This document shows positions 48,817 through 61,064 of a stretch of DNA of 64,000 nucleotides, piece by piece. Position numbers and translations under genes: made by a program. The DNA comes from Obrimoposthia wandeli. Taxonomy: Eukaryota. Under the pieces are notes generated by a model, which saw only the letters and a list, made by a program, of their open reading frames with translations, ran no database searches and had not been told where the DNA came from. The DNA is taken from assembly GCA_977020255.1 (NCBI GenBank), contig CDROCS010001101.1:558001-622000 (forward strand). Reading direction: 5' to 3'. The stretch's first letter is position 1; the number at the start of each line of letters is the position of its first letter.

Positions 48817-50178
48817 ATGTTTGGTATTTTCAAACCGAAAGAGCACATAGCTCGTTTACCCGCAGGTCAAATTGACTCTACTTATAAATTCTTACGTTGG
48901 CAGTTATTCTTTGGTATTTTCTTTGGTTATGCAGGTTATTACCTAGTTCGTAAAAATTTCAGTTTGGCCATGCCATACTTGATCGAACAAGGTTTTAGCC
49001 GTGGCGATCTTGGTGTCGCGTTATCGGCAGTATCCATCTCTTACGGCTTGTCTAAATTTCTCATGGGCAGTGTCTCCGACCGCTCTAATCCACGCTACTT
49101 CTTAACCGCTGGATTATTAATGTCCGCCGCTGTTATGTTTACTTTTGGCTATATGCCTTGGGCAACAAGCAGTATCACCGCTATGTTTGTTTTATTATTT
49201 CTAAATGGTTGGTTTCAAGGTATGGGTTGGCCAGCTTGCGGTAGAACCATGGTTCACTGGTGGTCAAAGAAAGAACGTGGTGAGTTAGTTTCTGTTTGGA
49301 ATGTCGCGCATAATGTTGGCGGCGGCTTAATCGGTCCTATGTTCTTACTCGGATTATGGGCATTCAACGATGACTGGCATGCTGCATTTTATGTTCCCGC
49401 TTTCTTTGCTGTCATCGTAGCCGTCTTTGTCTGGTTTACTGTACGTGATACGCCACAATCTTGCGGATTACCACCAATCGAAGAATATAAAGATGACTAC
49501 CCTGATGATTACAGTAAAGATCATGAACAAGAAATGACAGCAAAAGAAATCTTCTTTAAATACGTACTCAATAACAAACTGCTGTGGTCTATCGCTATTG
49601 CTAATGCTTTTGTTTATATGATCCGTTACGGTGTTTTAGATTGGGCTCCTGTTTACCTAAAAGAAGCGAAAGGTTTCACTGTAGATGGCTCTTCATGGGC
49701 TTATTTCTTATATGAATGGGCTGGTATTCCAGGCACACTACTTTGTGGTTGGATCTCGGATAAATTATTCAAAGGTCGCCGTGCACCAGCGGGGATATTA
49801 TTCATGGCATTAGTCACCATTGCAGTACTCGTTTACTGGTTCAACCCTGCAGGTAACCCAATGATCGATATGGCAGCACTGATTGCGATTGGTTTCCTAA
49901 TTTACGGTCCTGTGATGTTGATTGGTTTATACGCCCTTGAACTTGCACCTAAAAAAGCAGCGGGTACAGCGGCTGGATTAACCGGTTTATTTGGTTATCT
50001 CGGTGGTGCTGTCGCTGCAAATGCTGTGCTTGGTTATACCGTTGATCATTTCGGTTGGGATGGCGGTTTCATGGTATTAGTCGCCTCTTGCTTTGCATCA
50101 ATTATTTGCTTAGGTTACGCCTATATCGGTGAAAAGCGTTTCCACGAAAACAAAAATGCTGATGTAGCAGCTGCATAA
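48817..50178 (+). CDS. glpT: Glycerol-3-phosphate transporter
   Basis: [45 protein letters not shown]. Confidence 0.96.
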   Translation: MFGIFKPKEHIARLPAGQIDSTYKFLRWQLFFGIFFGYAGYYLVRKNFSLAMPYLIEQGFSRGDLGVALSAVSISYGLSKFLMGSVSDRSNPRYFLTAGLLMSAAVMFTFGYMPWATSSITAMFVLLFLNGWFQGMGWPACGRTMVHWWSKKERGELVSVWNVAHNVGGGLIGPMFLLGLWAFNDDWHAAFYVPAFFAVIVAVFVWFTVRDTPQSCGLPPIEEYKDDYPDDYSKDHEQEMTAKEIFFKYVLNNKLLWSIAIANAFVYMIRYGVLDWAPVYLKEAKGFTVDGSSWAYFLYEWAGIPGTLLCGWISDKLFKGRRAPAGILFMALVTIAVLVYWFNPAGNPMIDMAALIAIGFLIYGPVMLIGLYALELAPKKAAGTAAGLTGLFGYLGGAVAANAVLGYTVDHFGWDGGFMVLVASCFASIICLGYAYIGEKRFHENKNADVAAA

Positions 50179-50205
50179 ATAAAGGCTATATTTCGACATA
50201 AAAAA

Positions 50206-50241
50206 GACCCCCAATAATTGGTTATCCAACTATTGGGGGTC
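50206..50241. terminator. Bidirectional terminator
   Basis: GACCCCCAATA / TATTGGGGGTC. Confidence 0.7.
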
Positions 50242-50278
50242 ATTTCACATTTGTAGTCTTTTTCGATACAGAAGTTAA

Positions 50279-50704
50279 CTAGATATTCGCCGCACTCTGA
50301 TAGCAAGCTTGTAATTGTTTATCCATCGCAATAAGTACATCTCGACGTGTAATAATACCAACCAACACGGCATGATCATTAATGACCGGATAGACCTTAG
50401 GTTTCGCCGTTAGCATTTGCTGTGCTAATTCAATAATACTGTCTTCTGCTTTTACCGTTAATACATCCGTGCGCATAACATCCTTTACAATCGCCACTTG
50501 CTCACAGTAATAGCTCGACTCTAATAACGACGCTAAGCAATCCTGCTCAGATATCCAACCAATAAGTGTATCGTTCTCATCGACGACGGGTGCACCAATG
50601 TGCGTTGATTTGAGTAATTTATCGACCGCCGTTGCTACAGGCATACCAGTAGTCAATTTAATCGGGCGCAATTGCATATAGTCAGATACTTTTAAAGAAT
50701 TCAT
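50279..50704 (-). CDS. CBS-domain pair protein
   Basis: 141 aa; GAPVVD..GWISEQD, YPVI..GIITRRD. Confidence 0.9.
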   Translation of the reverse strand: MNSLKVSDYMQLRPIKLTTGMPVATAVDKLLKSTHIGAPVVDENDTLIGWISEQDCLASLLESSYYCEQVAIVKDVMRTDVLTVKAEDSIIELAQQMLTAKPKVYPVINDHAVLVGIITRRDVLIAMDKQLQACYQSAANI

Positions 50705-51100
50705 TCCCTTACTCCTTTAATCATTGATCTATTTAAAATAATACAGGGTTATTACTTATCTTAAGCATAGGTTATATGGTTATTTCTACAATCATGACCT
50801 TAATATGGCTTAAATTGCCTTATTTACCACGTTTAAAAACTAAAAATAAAAATATTTAAACATATGGTAAAAAATAAATAACCCCGTCATCATTAATTAA
50901 AGCGATATCTAATACTGGTTTAACTGAAAAATACAGTTTTAAACACCAATCAAACATTGATCTTCAGAGTTATGGCAAACTTGATATTTATATTTCCAAC
51001 TATTTATGAAATTATGTTCTTGAAGAAGGTCACACTATTGTCATAGTATCAAGGCATAAGAAATATAAATATCTCGCTTGATGTGAAGGGAAGCAAAGCA

Positions 51101-52501
51101 ATGAAAAAAACAATGTATGAGAAAATCTGGGATTCGCACTTAGTTCATGAACCAGAGAATGGCACGCCAATTCTTTATATCGATCGTCACTTGATGCATG
51201 AAGTAACAAGTCCTCAAGCGTTTGAAGGTTTAAAAATTCAACAACGTCCAGTACGTAACAAGCACAGCATCCTAGCAACAATGGATCACTGCGTACCGAC
51301 TGTTGATCGCCATCTACCAATTAAAGATCCAATCGCAGCTAAGCAGATCCAAACAATGGCTGATAACTGCGAAGAACACGATCTACTAATTTATGACATG
51401 AACAATGCTAACAACGGCGTTATTCATATTGTTGTTCCTGAGCATGGTTTTATCCACCCAGGTATGACTGCTGTATGTGGTGATTCACACACAGCAACAC
51501 ACGGTGCATTCGGTGCGTTAGCATTCGGTATCGGTACGTCTGAAGTTGAACACGTAATGGCAACTCAAACGTTACAACAGAAAAAATCTAAAACAATGTT
51601 AGTAAGCGTAGAAGGTAAACTGTCTAAGTTCTCTACTGCTAAAGACATCGCCCTTGCTGTTATCGGTAAAATCGGTACAGCTGGCGGCACTGGTCATGTT
51701 ATTGAATTCGCTGGTTCTGCAATCCGTGAATTAACAATGGAAGGTCGTATGACCCTTTGTAACATGGCTATTGAAGGTGGCGCGCGTGCAGGTTTAATCG
51801 CACCCGATCAGACTACTTTCGATTACATTGAAGGCAAAGAATTTGCGCCTAAAGGCGATCACTGGGCTGCTGCACTAGCATACTGGAAATCTCTACCAAC
51901 AGATGACGGCGCTGTATTTGATACTATTGTTGAATTAGTCGCTGAAGATATTGCACCACAAGTAACGTGGGGCACATCACCAGAGCAAGTTTCACCAGTA
52001 ACAGCAAACGTTCCATCTCCAAGTGACTTTGATGACGTAATCAAATCATCTGCATGTAAAGGCGCTCTGTCTTACATGGGTATTACAGCTGGCGCACCAA
52101 TCACAGACATTAAAGTAGATTTAGTCTTTGTTGGTTCATGCACAAACGGTCGTATCGAAGATTTCCGTGCAATTGCAGAAATGACTAAAGGCAAAAAAGT
52201 AAGCGCTGCAGTACAAGCGATTGCGGTTCCAGGTTCTTACCTTGTGAAAGAACAAGCGGAAGAAGAAGGTCTAGATAAGATCTTAATGGATGCAGGTTGG
52301 GAATGGCGCGAACCAGGTTGTTCAATGTGCTTAGCAATGAATGGCGATCAATTGAGTGACGGTCAACGTAGTGCATCTACATCAAACCGTAACTTTGAAG
52401 GTCGACAAGGTAAAGGTGGTCGTACTCACCTAGTATCTCCAGCAATGGCTGCCGCTGCAGCAATTGAAGGCCATTTTGTTGACATCCGTAACTGGGCGTA
52501 A
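51101..52501 (+). CDS. leuC: 3-isopropylmalate/citramalate dehydratase large subunit
   Basis: [42 protein letters not shown]; start MKKT 51101. Confidence 0.95.
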   Translation: MKKTMYEKIWDSHLVHEPENGTPILYIDRHLMHEVTSPQAFEGLKIQQRPVRNKHSILATMDHCVPTVDRHLPIKDPIAAKQIQTMADNCEEHDLLIYDMNNANNGVIHIVVPEHGFIHPGMTAVCGDSHTATHGAFGALAFGIGTSEVEHVMATQTLQQKKSKTMLVSVEGKLSKFSTAKDIALAVIGKIGTAGGTGHVIEFAGSAIRELTMEGRMTLCNMAIEGGARAGLIAPDQTTFDYIEGKEFAPKGDHWAAALAYWKSLPTDDGAVFDTIVELVAEDIAPQVTWGTSPEQVSPVTANVPSPSDFDDVIKSSACKGALSYMGITAGAPITDIKVDLVFVGSCTNGRIEDFRAIAEMTKGKKVSAAVQAIAVPGSYLVKEQAEEEGLDKILMDAGWEWREPGCSMCLAMNGDQLSDGQRSASTSNRNFEGRQGKGGRTHLVSPAMAAAAAIEGHFVDIRNWA

Positions 52502-52532
52502 GCTTTAGCACATTAGTGATCAAGGAATTAAA

Positions 52533-53150
52533 ATGAAAGCATATAAAAATCATACTAGTGTTGCGGCATTGATGAATCGTAGTAACGTTGATACAGATCA
52601 GATCATCCCAAAACAGTTTTTGAAAAAAGTAGAACGTACTGGTTTCGGTATTCACTTATTTCATGATTGGCGTTTTCTAGATAACGGCGATGAAAATCCA
52701 GCATTCGAATTAAACAAACCAGCTTTTAAGGGTGCTAAAATCCTAGTAGCTGGCGATAACTTTGGTTGTGGTTCATCACGTGAACATGCGCCATGGGCTA
52801 TCGAAGATTTTGGTTTCAATACTGTAATATCAACAAGCTACGCTGATATTTTTTATTCTAACTGTTTCAAGAATGGTATTTTACCAATTCGTGTAAGCAA
52901 AGATGAATTAGCTGCTCTAATGGCTGAGATCGATGCTAACGAAGGCGTTGAGTTTACTGTCGATTTACCAGCTCAAACAGTCACAACACCCGGCGGTATT
53001 GTGATTGCGATTGAAGTTGACGAATTCCGTAAGCAAAGCCTTATCGAAGGCGCGGATGATATCTCATGGACACTAAAGCATGAAGGTAAAATCACTGAAT
53101 TCGAAGCAAAGAATAAGCAACAGTTCCCATGGTTATGGACTGAAGCCTAG
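52533..53150 (+). CDS. leuD: 3-isopropylmalate/citramalate dehydratase small subunit
   Basis: NVDTDQIIPKQFL, NFGCGSSREHAPWA. Confidence 0.95.
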   Translation: MKAYKNHTSVAALMNRSNVDTDQIIPKQFLKKVERTGFGIHLFHDWRFLDNGDENPAFELNKPAFKGAKILVAGDNFGCGSSREHAPWAIEDFGFNTVISTSYADIFYSNCFKNGILPIRVSKDELAALMAEIDANEGVEFTVDLPAQTVTTPGGIVIAIEVDEFRKQSLIEGADDISWTLKHEGKITEFEAKNKQQFPWLWTEA

Positions 53151-53180
53151 TTACTGGCAGTTTAAAAGCTAATAACTAAA

Positions 53181-53205
53181 AGCGGATAGACACTGTCTAT
53201 CCGCT
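53181..53205. terminator. Strong hairpin between leuD and cimA
   Basis: AGCGGATAGAC-ACT-GTCTATCCGCT; weak U-tract on + strand. Confidence 0.55.
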
Positions 53206-53236
53206 CTTCCCTACAAATTAGAAGCAGGTAGCAAAT

Positions 53237-54775
53237 ATGGAAATGATGCGCCCTCGAGTCCAGTTAATGGACACTACTCTTCGCGATGGAGAGCAAACCC
53301 AAGGTGTCTCCTTCACACCAGACGAAAAAGTCAGTATTGCTAAAGCCCTACTCCAATCCCTAAATGTTGATCGTATTGAAGTCGCCTCTGCACGTGTATC
53401 CCTAGGCGAAAAAAATGCAGTATCTTCATTAATGCAATGGGCAGAACAAGAACAAGTTGCACACCGTATTGAAATATTAGGCTTTGTTGACCATACCAAA
53501 AGCGTTGATTGGATCAAGTCCAGCGGCGCTAAAGTCATTAACCTATTAACCAAAGGCAGTGAAAAACACTGTACTGAACAATTACGTAAAACCCCTGCTG
53601 CACATATAGCTGATGTACGAGAAACCATCTATTATGCTATGGAGCAAGGTTTAACGGTTAACATCTATCTTGAAGATTGGTCTAATGGTTACAGTGATAA
53701 CCCTGACTATGTTTATAATATGATCACGGCACTATCTGATTTACCAATTCAACACTACATGTTACCTGATACGCTCGGCGTTATGTCTCCAGATGAAGTG
53801 CATACTAGCCTGTCCGATATGATCAGCCGTTTCCCACAATTACAATTTGATTTTCACCCGCATAATGATTACGGTTTAGCGACAGCAAACGCACTCACCG
53901 CTGCAAAAGCGGGTATTAGCGCTATCCATTGCACGGTTAACTGTTTAGGTGAACGCGCAGGTAACGCTTCGCTTGCAGAAGTTGCCGTGGTATTAAAAGA
54001 CAAGCTCGGTATTGAGTCATCAATCAACGAGCAGCATATTCATCAGATCAGCCAAATGATTGAAAACTTCTCTGGTAAAATAACACCCGCTAACGCACCT
54101 ATTATTGGCGCTGACGTGTTTACCCAAACAAGTGGTATCCACGCTGATGGCGATAATAAAGGCGGCTTATATCAAACCGTGTTAGGTCCTGAACGGTTTG
54201 AACGCACGCGCAGCTATGCGCTCGGCAAGATGAGTGGGAAAGCATCGTTAGAAAAAAATCTCAAAGATTTGAGTATCGAATTAAGTGCCGAGCAAAAAAC
54301 TAAATTACTGGAACGCATTGTGACCCTGGGTGATCAGAAATCGATTATCACCCCCGAAGACCTACCCTTTATTATCGCTGACCTGTTAGAAAGTAAAGAT
54401 TACTCGCACATTGAGTTACTTAACTGCTCGATTACATCAGGTCTTAATGTCGATTCAACGGCGAGTATTCGCATTCGTATCGGCGATGAGATATACAAAT
54501 CTGCAGGTTCTGGTAATGGTGGTTTCGATGCATTTAGTATGGCGATCGAAGCCATTATGCAAAAAGTAGATTTTGATCTTCCTAATTTAGAAAACTACCA
54601 AGTGCGTATTCCACCCGGCGGTAAAACCAGTGCTTTAACTGAAAGTTTTATCACCTGGCGACAAGGCGATTCCACTTTCCGTACCCGTGGCGTCAGTTCG
54701 AATCAAGTATTTGCAGGTATACAAGCAACAATGCGAATGTTGAATAAGTTACAGCATGAAGCACTAACAGCATAA
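53237..54775 (+). CDS. cimA: Citramalate synthase, Leptospira/Bacteroides type (DRE-TIM + regulatory domain)
   Basis: DTTLRDGEQTQGVSF..LNVDRIEVASARVS..IYLEDWSNG..PDTLG..HPHNDYGL; resembles LiCMS-type CimA more than enteric LeuA (from recall). Confidence 0.75.
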   Translation: MEMMRPRVQLMDTTLRDGEQTQGVSFTPDEKVSIAKALLQSLNVDRIEVASARVSLGEKNAVSSLMQWAEQEQVAHRIEILGFVDHTKSVDWIKSSGAKVINLLTKGSEKHCTEQLRKTPAAHIADVRETIYYAMEQGLTVNIYLEDWSNGYSDNPDYVYNMITALSDLPIQHYMLPDTLGVMSPDEVHTSLSDMISRFPQLQFDFHPHNDYGLATANALTAAKAGISAIHCTVNCLGERAGNASLAEVAVVLKDKLGIESSINEQHIHQISQMIENFSGKITPANAPIIGADVFTQTSGIHADGDNKGGLYQTVLGPERFERTRSYALGKMSGKASLEKNLKDLSIELSAEQKTKLLERIVTLGDQKSIITPEDLPFIIADLLESKDYSHIELLNCSITSGLNVDSTASIRIRIGDEIYKSAGSGNGGFDAFSMAIEAIMQKVDFDLPNLENYQVRIPPGGKTSALTESFITWRQGDSTFRTRGVSSNQVFAGIQATMRMLNKLQHEALTA

Positions 54776-54785
54776 CACCTCTAAA

Positions 54786-54820
54786 TAGGCTTACGCTCAC
54801 ACTCCTTTAGCGTAAGTCTA
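54786..54820 (+). terminator. Terminator-like hairpin after cimA
   Basis: TAGGCTTACGCT / AGCGTAAGTCTA. Confidence 0.55.
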
Positions 54821-55215
54821 CATTTACACCAGCACCTATATCCAAAGTAATAACGACTCTCCGATATAGCTATTAATCTTCGCTGGTCGCAATAATTATA
54901 AACCGCTATTTTCAATCAAATTTTATCATATTCCAATTAAGCTATACTTTACTTATATATCGCCAAATCAAAAATTAACAAGATAAAGACCCTTAGAATA
55001 ACGCTTGCCATCTATCTTTCACTAACACATACACTGTTATCATTAATGCATCATATTGCTACAACAACAATTAAAATAATAAAAGGCTTATAAAACCGCA
55101 ATTTAATTGCGCAGTTTTAAAATCAAAGTCTAGATTTAGAGTAGTAATAAGAAATAATTCAGACTTGTAGATGCTAATTTTTGCGGATGCAAGTAATTAC
55201 ATTTGGGGGTTACCA

Positions 55216-57138
55216 ATGGGTATTTTTGAACATTATCAGCAACGATACGAAGAAAGTCGTGAAGAAGAATATACGATACAAGAATTTTTAAATTTATGTC
55301 GTGACGATAAAACTGTATACGCATCTGCTGCTGAAAGATTATTAAACGCAATCGGTGAACCAGAAATGGTTGATACCGCGACAGATTCTCGCCTAAGCCG
55401 ATTATTTTCCAACCGCGTTGTTGCACGCTATCCCGCTTTTAAAGATTTCTATGGCATGGAAGACGCCATTGAACAAATTGTGGCTTATCTAAAACACTCC
55501 GCACAAGGATTAGAAGAAAAGAAACAAATTTTGTATTTATTGGGACCTGTAGGTGGTGGTAAATCATCTTTAGCAGAAAAACTCAAAGATCTAATGCAAA
55601 ATGAAGCCATTTATCGTATCAAAGGCTCGCCAGTTAACGACCATCCATTTAGTCTGTTTGACGTCAATGAAGATGCCAACATTTTACGCAGTGAATACGG
55701 TATTCCCACGCGTTACCTTGGCCATGTCATGTCCCCTTGGGCAGCCAAACGTTTAAAAGAGTTTGGTGGTGATATCAGTCAGTTTAAAGTGGAAAAAGTC
55801 CGCCCATCGATTCTGCATCAAATAGCCATTGCTAAAACCGAACCTGGCGATGAAAACAACCAAGATATTTCATCACTTGTGGGGAAAGTGGATATTCGTC
55901 AGTTAGAACATTTCTCACAAGATGACCCTGATGCATACAGTTACTCTGGCGCACTGTGTAAAGCCAACCAAGGTGTGATGGAATTTGTAGAGATGTTTAA
56001 AGCACCAATTAAAGTGCTCCATCCCCTACTTACCGCAACACAGGAAGGTAATTATAACAGTACTGAAGGGCTATCTGCCTTGCCTTTCGAAGGGATCATT
56101 CTTGCTCACTCCAATGAATCCGAGTGGCAAACATTCCGTAACAACAAAAATAACGAAGCGTTTTTAGACCGGGTATACATAGTTAAAGTACCTTACTGTT
56201 TACGCATCAGTGAAGAACAAGCAATTTATCGTAAATTATTGGAAAACAGTGCACTGCATAATGCTAAGTGTGCTCCTGGTACACTCGATGCGCTTGCTCA
56301 ATTCACCGTGCTATCTCGCATTAAAGACCCCGACAATTCATCCATTTACTCTAAAATGCGTGTTTATGATGGCGAAACCTTAAAAGACACTGATCCGAAA
56401 GCAAAATCATATCAAGAGTATCGTGATTATGCAGGTGTCGATGAAGGTATGTCAGGACTATCAACCCGTTTTGCTTATAAGATTTTGTCTAAAGTATTTA
56501 ACTTTGACCATGTCGAAGTGGCAGCCAATCCAGTACATCTATTCTATGTGCTTGAACAACAGATTGAACGAGAGCAATTCCCACAGGATGTTGCCGACCG
56601 TTACTTAGAGTTCTTGAAAGGTTACCTGATCCCTAAATATGTGGAATTCATTGGCAAAGAAATTCAAACCGCGTATTTAGAATCTTATTCAGAATACGGT
56701 CAAAATATCTTCGACCGCTATGTCACTTACGCTGACTTCTGGATCCAAGACCAAGAGTTTCGCGATCCTGATACAGGTCAACTATTTGATAGAGAAGCAT
56801 TAAATAACGATTTAGAAAAAATAGAAAAGCCAGCTGGTATCAGTAACCCGAAAGATTTCCGTAACGAAATAGTCAATTTTGTATTACGTGCCAGAGCCAA
56901 TAACAGTGGTAAAAACCCTGCTTGGGTCAGTTACGAAAAATTGCGTACCGTTATCGAGAAAAAAATGTTCTCCAACACCGAAGAGTTGTTACCCGTTATT
57001 TCATTTAACGGTAAAACATCCACTGATGAACAACAAAAACATGACAACTTTGTAGCCCGTATGATGGAGAAAGGCTATACCAAGAAACAAGTTAGATTGT
57101 TGTCAGAATGGTATTTACGCGTACGTAAATCATCATAA
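55216..57138 (+). CDS. yeaG: PrkA/YeaG serine kinase (AAA+)
   Basis: [31 protein letters not shown]; start moved to ATG 55216. Confidence 0.95.
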   Translation: MGIFEHYQQRYEESREEEYTIQEFLNLCRDDKTVYASAAERLLNAIGEPEMVDTATDSRLSRLFSNRVVARYPAFKDFYGMEDAIEQIVAYLKHSAQGLEEKKQILYLLGPVGGGKSSLAEKLKDLMQNEAIYRIKGSPVNDHPFSLFDVNEDANILRSEYGIPTRYLGHVMSPWAAKRLKEFGGDISQFKVEKVRPSILHQIAIAKTEPGDENNQDISSLVGKVDIRQLEHFSQDDPDAYSYSGALCKANQGVMEFVEMFKAPIKVLHPLLTATQEGNYNSTEGLSALPFEGIILAHSNESEWQTFRNNKNNEAFLDRVYIVKVPYCLRISEEQAIYRKLLENSALHNAKCAPGTLDALAQFTVLSRIKDPDNSSIYSKMRVYDGETLKDTDPKAKSYQEYRDYAGVDEGMSGLSTRFAYKILSKVFNFDHVEVAANPVHLFYVLEQQIEREQFPQDVADRYLEFLKGYLIPKYVEFIGKEIQTAYLESYSEYGQNIFDRYVTYADFWIQDQEFRDPDTGQLFDREALNNDLEKIEKPAGISNPKDFRNEIVNFVLRARANNSGKNPAWVSYEKLRTVIEKKMFSNTEELLPVISFNGKTSTDEQQKHDNFVARMMEKGYTKKQVRLLSEWYLRVRKSS

Positions 57139-57161
57139 TAGATTTTGTTAGGGGGTATGAG

Positions 57162-58460
57162 ATGGCACATTTTATTGATCGCAGATTAAACGGTAAAAAT
57201 AAAAGCACCGTTAATCGACAACGCTTTATGCGTCGTTATAACTCACAAATAAAAAAGGCGGTATCTGATGCTGTAAACAATCGCAGTATCCAGGATATTA
57301 CATCTGGAGAAAGTGTCAGCATTCCAGCTCGTGACATCTCAGAACCTATGTTTCATCAAGGAAAAGGCGGTGATCGCACGATTGTTCACCCAGGTAATGA
57401 TCAATTTATCACTGGCGATAAAATCAATCGCCCACCAGCAGGAGATGGTGCTGGCGCAGGTGGTGGAGAAGCGAGTGATAGTGGTGAAGGTAATGATGGT
57501 TTTAATTTCCAAATATCAAAAGACGAATACCTTGATTTGTTATTTGAAGATTTAGAGTTACCTAACTTACAAGAAAATCAACTTAACAGCATTGTAGAAA
57601 TGAAGACCCACCGCGCTGGTTATACCTCAAACGGTAACCCGGGTAATATTGCAATTGTAAAATCACTACAAAACTCGTTAGCAAGACGTACAGCACTCGC
57701 TGGCGGTAAAAAAAGAAAAGTAAAAGCGCTAGAAGAACAAATTAATGAATTAACCAAACAAGGTCATATTGGAGATAAAGAAGTTGCAGGTCAAGAAATT
57801 GAAGGTCAATTTGTTGCTGAATTGAAAAAGGAAATTGCTGAACTCAAAGCACGGATCAGTAAAGTACCTTTTATTGATACCTTTGATTTACGTTATAACA
57901 ACTTTGAGCAATACGCAGTACCTAATAGCCAAGCAGTGATGTTTTGCCTAATGGACGTCTCAGGTTCCATGGACCAACCAACCAAAGACATGGCGAAACG
58001 TTTCTACATTTTACTCTACTTGTTCTTAACCCGTACCTATAAAAAAATTGAAGTCGTTTACATTCGTCACCATACACAAGCGAAGGAAGTTGATGAACAT
58101 GAGTTTTTCTATTCACAAGAAACGGGTGGTACGATCGTATCCTCAGCGTTAAAACTCATGGATAAAATTGTCACCGACAAATTCCCAGCAAGTGAATGGA
58201 ACATCTACGCAGCGCAAGCTTCAGATGGTGATAATTGGGCTGACGATTCACCTCAATGTCGCAAGATTTTGGTCGATAAAATAATGCCGAAAGTACGCTA
58301 CTTCAGCTATATAGAAATAACTAATCGAGCGCATCAAACATTATGGCGAGAATATGAAAAGGTAGCAGAAGAGTACTCTCAATTTGCCTTACAACACATT
58401 CGTCAGCTCGAAGATATATATCCTGTATTCCGAGAACTATTTAAGAAACAGGCCGCTTAG
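57162..58460 (+). CDS. yeaH: YeaH/YhbH (UPF0229) protein
   Basis: [34 protein letters not shown]. Confidence 0.95.
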   Translation: MAHFIDRRLNGKNKSTVNRQRFMRRYNSQIKKAVSDAVNNRSIQDITSGESVSIPARDISEPMFHQGKGGDRTIVHPGNDQFITGDKINRPPAGDGAGAGGGEASDSGEGNDGFNFQISKDEYLDLLFEDLELPNLQENQLNSIVEMKTHRAGYTSNGNPGNIAIVKSLQNSLARRTALAGGKKRKVKALEEQINELTKQGHIGDKEVAGQEIEGQFVAELKKEIAELKARISKVPFIDTFDLRYNNFEQYAVPNSQAVMFCLMDVSGSMDQPTKDMAKRFYILLYLFLTRTYKKIEVVYIRHHTQAKEVDEHEFFYSQETGGTIVSSALKLMDKIVTDKFPASEWNIYAAQASDGDNWADDSPQCRKILVDKIMPKVRYFSYIEITNRAHQTLWREYEKVAEEYSQFALQHIRQLEDIYPVFRELFKKQAA

Positions 58461-58471
58461 GGAGAATCTAT

Positions 58472-59983
58472 ATGTTAAAAGATGAAGTAAAGCAGCTTAA
58501 CGATGGTCCAGATTGGAACTTCCCATTACTTGAAGAATATCATGTCGAGATAAAACGAATTGCCGAACACTACCGACTTGATACCTACCCCAATCAAATA
58601 GAAGTGATCACTGCTGAGCAAATGATGGATGCTTATTCTTCAGTAGGGATGCCGATTGGCTATAACCACTGGAGCTTTGGTAAGAAGTTCATCCAAACCG
58701 AGCAAAGCTACAAGCGTGGTCAAATGGGACTGGCGTATGAAATTGTCATTAATTCTAGTCCTTGTATTGCCTATTTAATGGAAGAAAACACCATACCGAT
58801 GCAAGCGTTAGTGGTCGCACATGCATGTTATGGTCATAACTCTTTTTTTAAAGGCAATTATCTGTTTAAGTCATGGACTGACGCAGAGTCAATCATAGAT
58901 TACTTACTATTTTCCAAGAACTATATCGCCGAATGTGAGCAAAAGTATGGCATTGATGCTGTCGAAAACATTGTCGATTCATGCCATGCGTTAATGAGTT
59001 ATGGTGTCGACCGCTATAAGCGCCCGAGTGAGCCGTCATTAAGTGAAGAGAAACGTCGCCAACAAGAACGCACCGATTATTTACAAACCCAAGTTAATGA
59101 GCTGTGGCGCACCCTGCCCCAAAGCAATGACAAAGCCGAACCTGTTGAACCAAATTATCCAGCGGAACCACAAGAGAACATATTATATTTTGTAGAAAAA
59201 AACGCACCGTTATTGCAGTCTTGGCAGCGTGAAATAATTCGTATCGTCCGTAAGATAAGTCAGTATTTTTATCCACAAAAACAAACTCAAGTCATGAACG
59301 AAGGCTGGGCAACATTCTGGCATTATACCATTACCAATCACATGTATGACGAAGGCTTAGTATCGGATAAATTCATGTTGGAGATATTACATAATCATAC
59401 TAACGTAGTCGCACAACCCGCTTATAACAGCCCCTATTACTCAGGCATGAATCCATACGCACTTGGGTTTGCAATGTTTACTGATATTAGGCGTATATGC
59501 GAACACCCAACAGATGAAGATAAAGCCTGGTTCCCTGATATTGCCGGTAGTGATTGGTTAGATACACTGCACTTTGCCATGCAAAACTTTAAAGATGAGA
59601 GTTTTATTAGCCAATATTTATCGCCTAAAGTAATGCGTGATATGCATTTATTTTCAATCGAAGATAACGAAAATAGTAAGCACATTGAAGTATCGGCAAT
59701 TCATAATGAAGAAGGCTATCAGCAGCTGCGTAGTAAGTTATCAGCGCAATATAATTTAAGTAACAACGAACCTAACATTCAGATATTTAATGTTGATAGG
59801 AAGGGTGACCGTTCTTTAACGTTACGTTATGTGCCGCATCAAGACATACCGTTGGAAAATAAATCTGCGCAAGAAGTGATGAAACATCTCCATCGCTTAT
59901 GGGGGTTTGATGTTCGCTTAGAACAAGTTCAAGCCAATGGCAATATCGAGGTGATCAGCCAAAGTATCAATCCTAAAGTATAA
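58472..59983 (+). CDS. ycgB: SpoVR-family protein
   Basis: GLAYEIVINS, HACYGHNSFFK, TQVMNEGWATFWH. Confidence 0.95.
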   Translation: MLKDEVKQLNDGPDWNFPLLEEYHVEIKRIAEHYRLDTYPNQIEVITAEQMMDAYSSVGMPIGYNHWSFGKKFIQTEQSYKRGQMGLAYEIVINSSPCIAYLMEENTIPMQALVVAHACYGHNSFFKGNYLFKSWTDAESIIDYLLFSKNYIAECEQKYGIDAVENIVDSCHALMSYGVDRYKRPSEPSLSEEKRRQQERTDYLQTQVNELWRTLPQSNDKAEPVEPNYPAEPQENILYFVEKNAPLLQSWQREIIRIVRKISQYFYPQKQTQVMNEGWATFWHYTITNHMYDEGLVSDKFMLEILHNHTNVVAQPAYNSPYYSGMNPYALGFAMFTDIRRICEHPTDEDKAWFPDIAGSDWLDTLHFAMQNFKDESFISQYLSPKVMRDMHLFSIEDNENSKHIEVSAIHNEEGYQQLRSKLSAQYNLSNNEPNIQIFNVDRKGDRSLTLRYVPHQDIPLENKSAQEVMKHLHRLWGFDVRLEQVQANGNIEVISQSINPKV

Positions 59984-59992
59984 ATTAGTGAT

Positions 59993-60022
59993 AAAAAAAC
60001 CAGTCAGTGACTGGTTTTTTTT
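59993..60022. terminator. Bidirectional terminator
   Basis: AAAAAAACCAGTCAGTGACTGGTTTTTTTT. Confidence 0.8.
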
Positions 60023-60040
60023 ATAATTGTTAGGTGATGA

Positions 60041-60820
60041 TTACTTAATGCGTTGTTCGAACGCAACGCAAATATCATCCCAAGTCTCATCACGATATTG
60101 CTGCCAAAGCAGTCCTGAATTCATACCGTAATTACGAATTATATTCAAACAGTCATCCGCTTTATTTTGCTCTGCAACTGTTTGTAGCTGTTTATAAAAG
60201 TCTTGAGCCAAAGTACGCGCTTCAGGGTAATCAAAATAAATCTTACCAAGAATACGATACATGTTATCAAAGCCGTTTAGAATCAATGCATACACTAAAT
60301 TACCTGATAAAAAGGCCAATTTGTGTAACATACGATAATCATATTCAGTGTAAGCATCTTTGTTATCCGCTAATGTTGCCGCTTCACTCAAGATCTCGGC
60401 TACTTTTTCAGGATCACGCTTGATCGCTGCACGAATGAAGATAACACTAATATTGGTACGAGCAGATAATAAGTCACGTACTAATTCAGGTAAACGCTCA
60501 GGATCTAATCGAACTAAATCTTCTAAAATTGAAAGACTTGATGTTTCCCAAAAATTATTCACCTGTGTTGGTTTACCATGGCGAATAGTAAGCCAACCAT
60601 CACGTGCTAAACGTTGTAATACTTCACGTAGCGTCGTGCGAGTAACACCAATAAGCTCAGAAAGTTCCCTTTCCGCGGGCAGAATTGAACCTGGTGGGAA
60701 ACGGTTTTTCCAAATCGACTCGATCAGATATTCTTCAGCGAAGCCTGCTGGGCTTTTCGCTTTAATAATACCGTCATTCTGACGTTTTTTAATTGTTTTT
60801 TTACTATCAGTAATATCCAT
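60041..60820 (-). CDS. fadR: Fatty acid metabolism regulator FadR
   Basis: [37 protein letters not shown]. Confidence 0.95.
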   Translation of the reverse strand: MDITDSKKTIKKRQNDGIIKAKSPAGFAEEYLIESIWKNRFPPGSILPAERELSELIGVTRTTLREVLQRLARDGWLTIRHGKPTQVNNFWETSSLSILEDLVRLDPERLPELVRDLLSARTNISVIFIRAAIKRDPEKVAEILSEAATLADNKDAYTEYDYRMLHKLAFLSGNLVYALILNGFDNMYRILGKIYFDYPEARTLAQDFYKQLQTVAEQNKADDCLNIIRNYGMNSGLLWQQYRDETWDDICVAFEQRIK

Positions 60821-61064
60821 TTAACTTCTCATTTGGAAATATAACAGGTTGTATCTTTTTGAATCTTAGCATTCACAGGCACATCCGACCAGATTTAAAT
60901 TAGATCCTATCATTAGAATAATTATTTTCCGACTTAAATATTAAAATAGCTTTATTTGCAAAAACAATAATCTGTATCAATAAAAAGAATGGCGCACGTC
61001 ACAAAATATGCTTAGAATGGCGAAAATTTTTATTATTCTTTAACCTTTTTATTGGACACCTCTC

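Noticed and set aside
50705-51100. Leu/Ile attenuator leader upstream of leuC
   Set aside because: Only tiny ORFs (MKLCS*, MFLKKVTLLS*), with no regulatory codon run or terminator/antiterminator.
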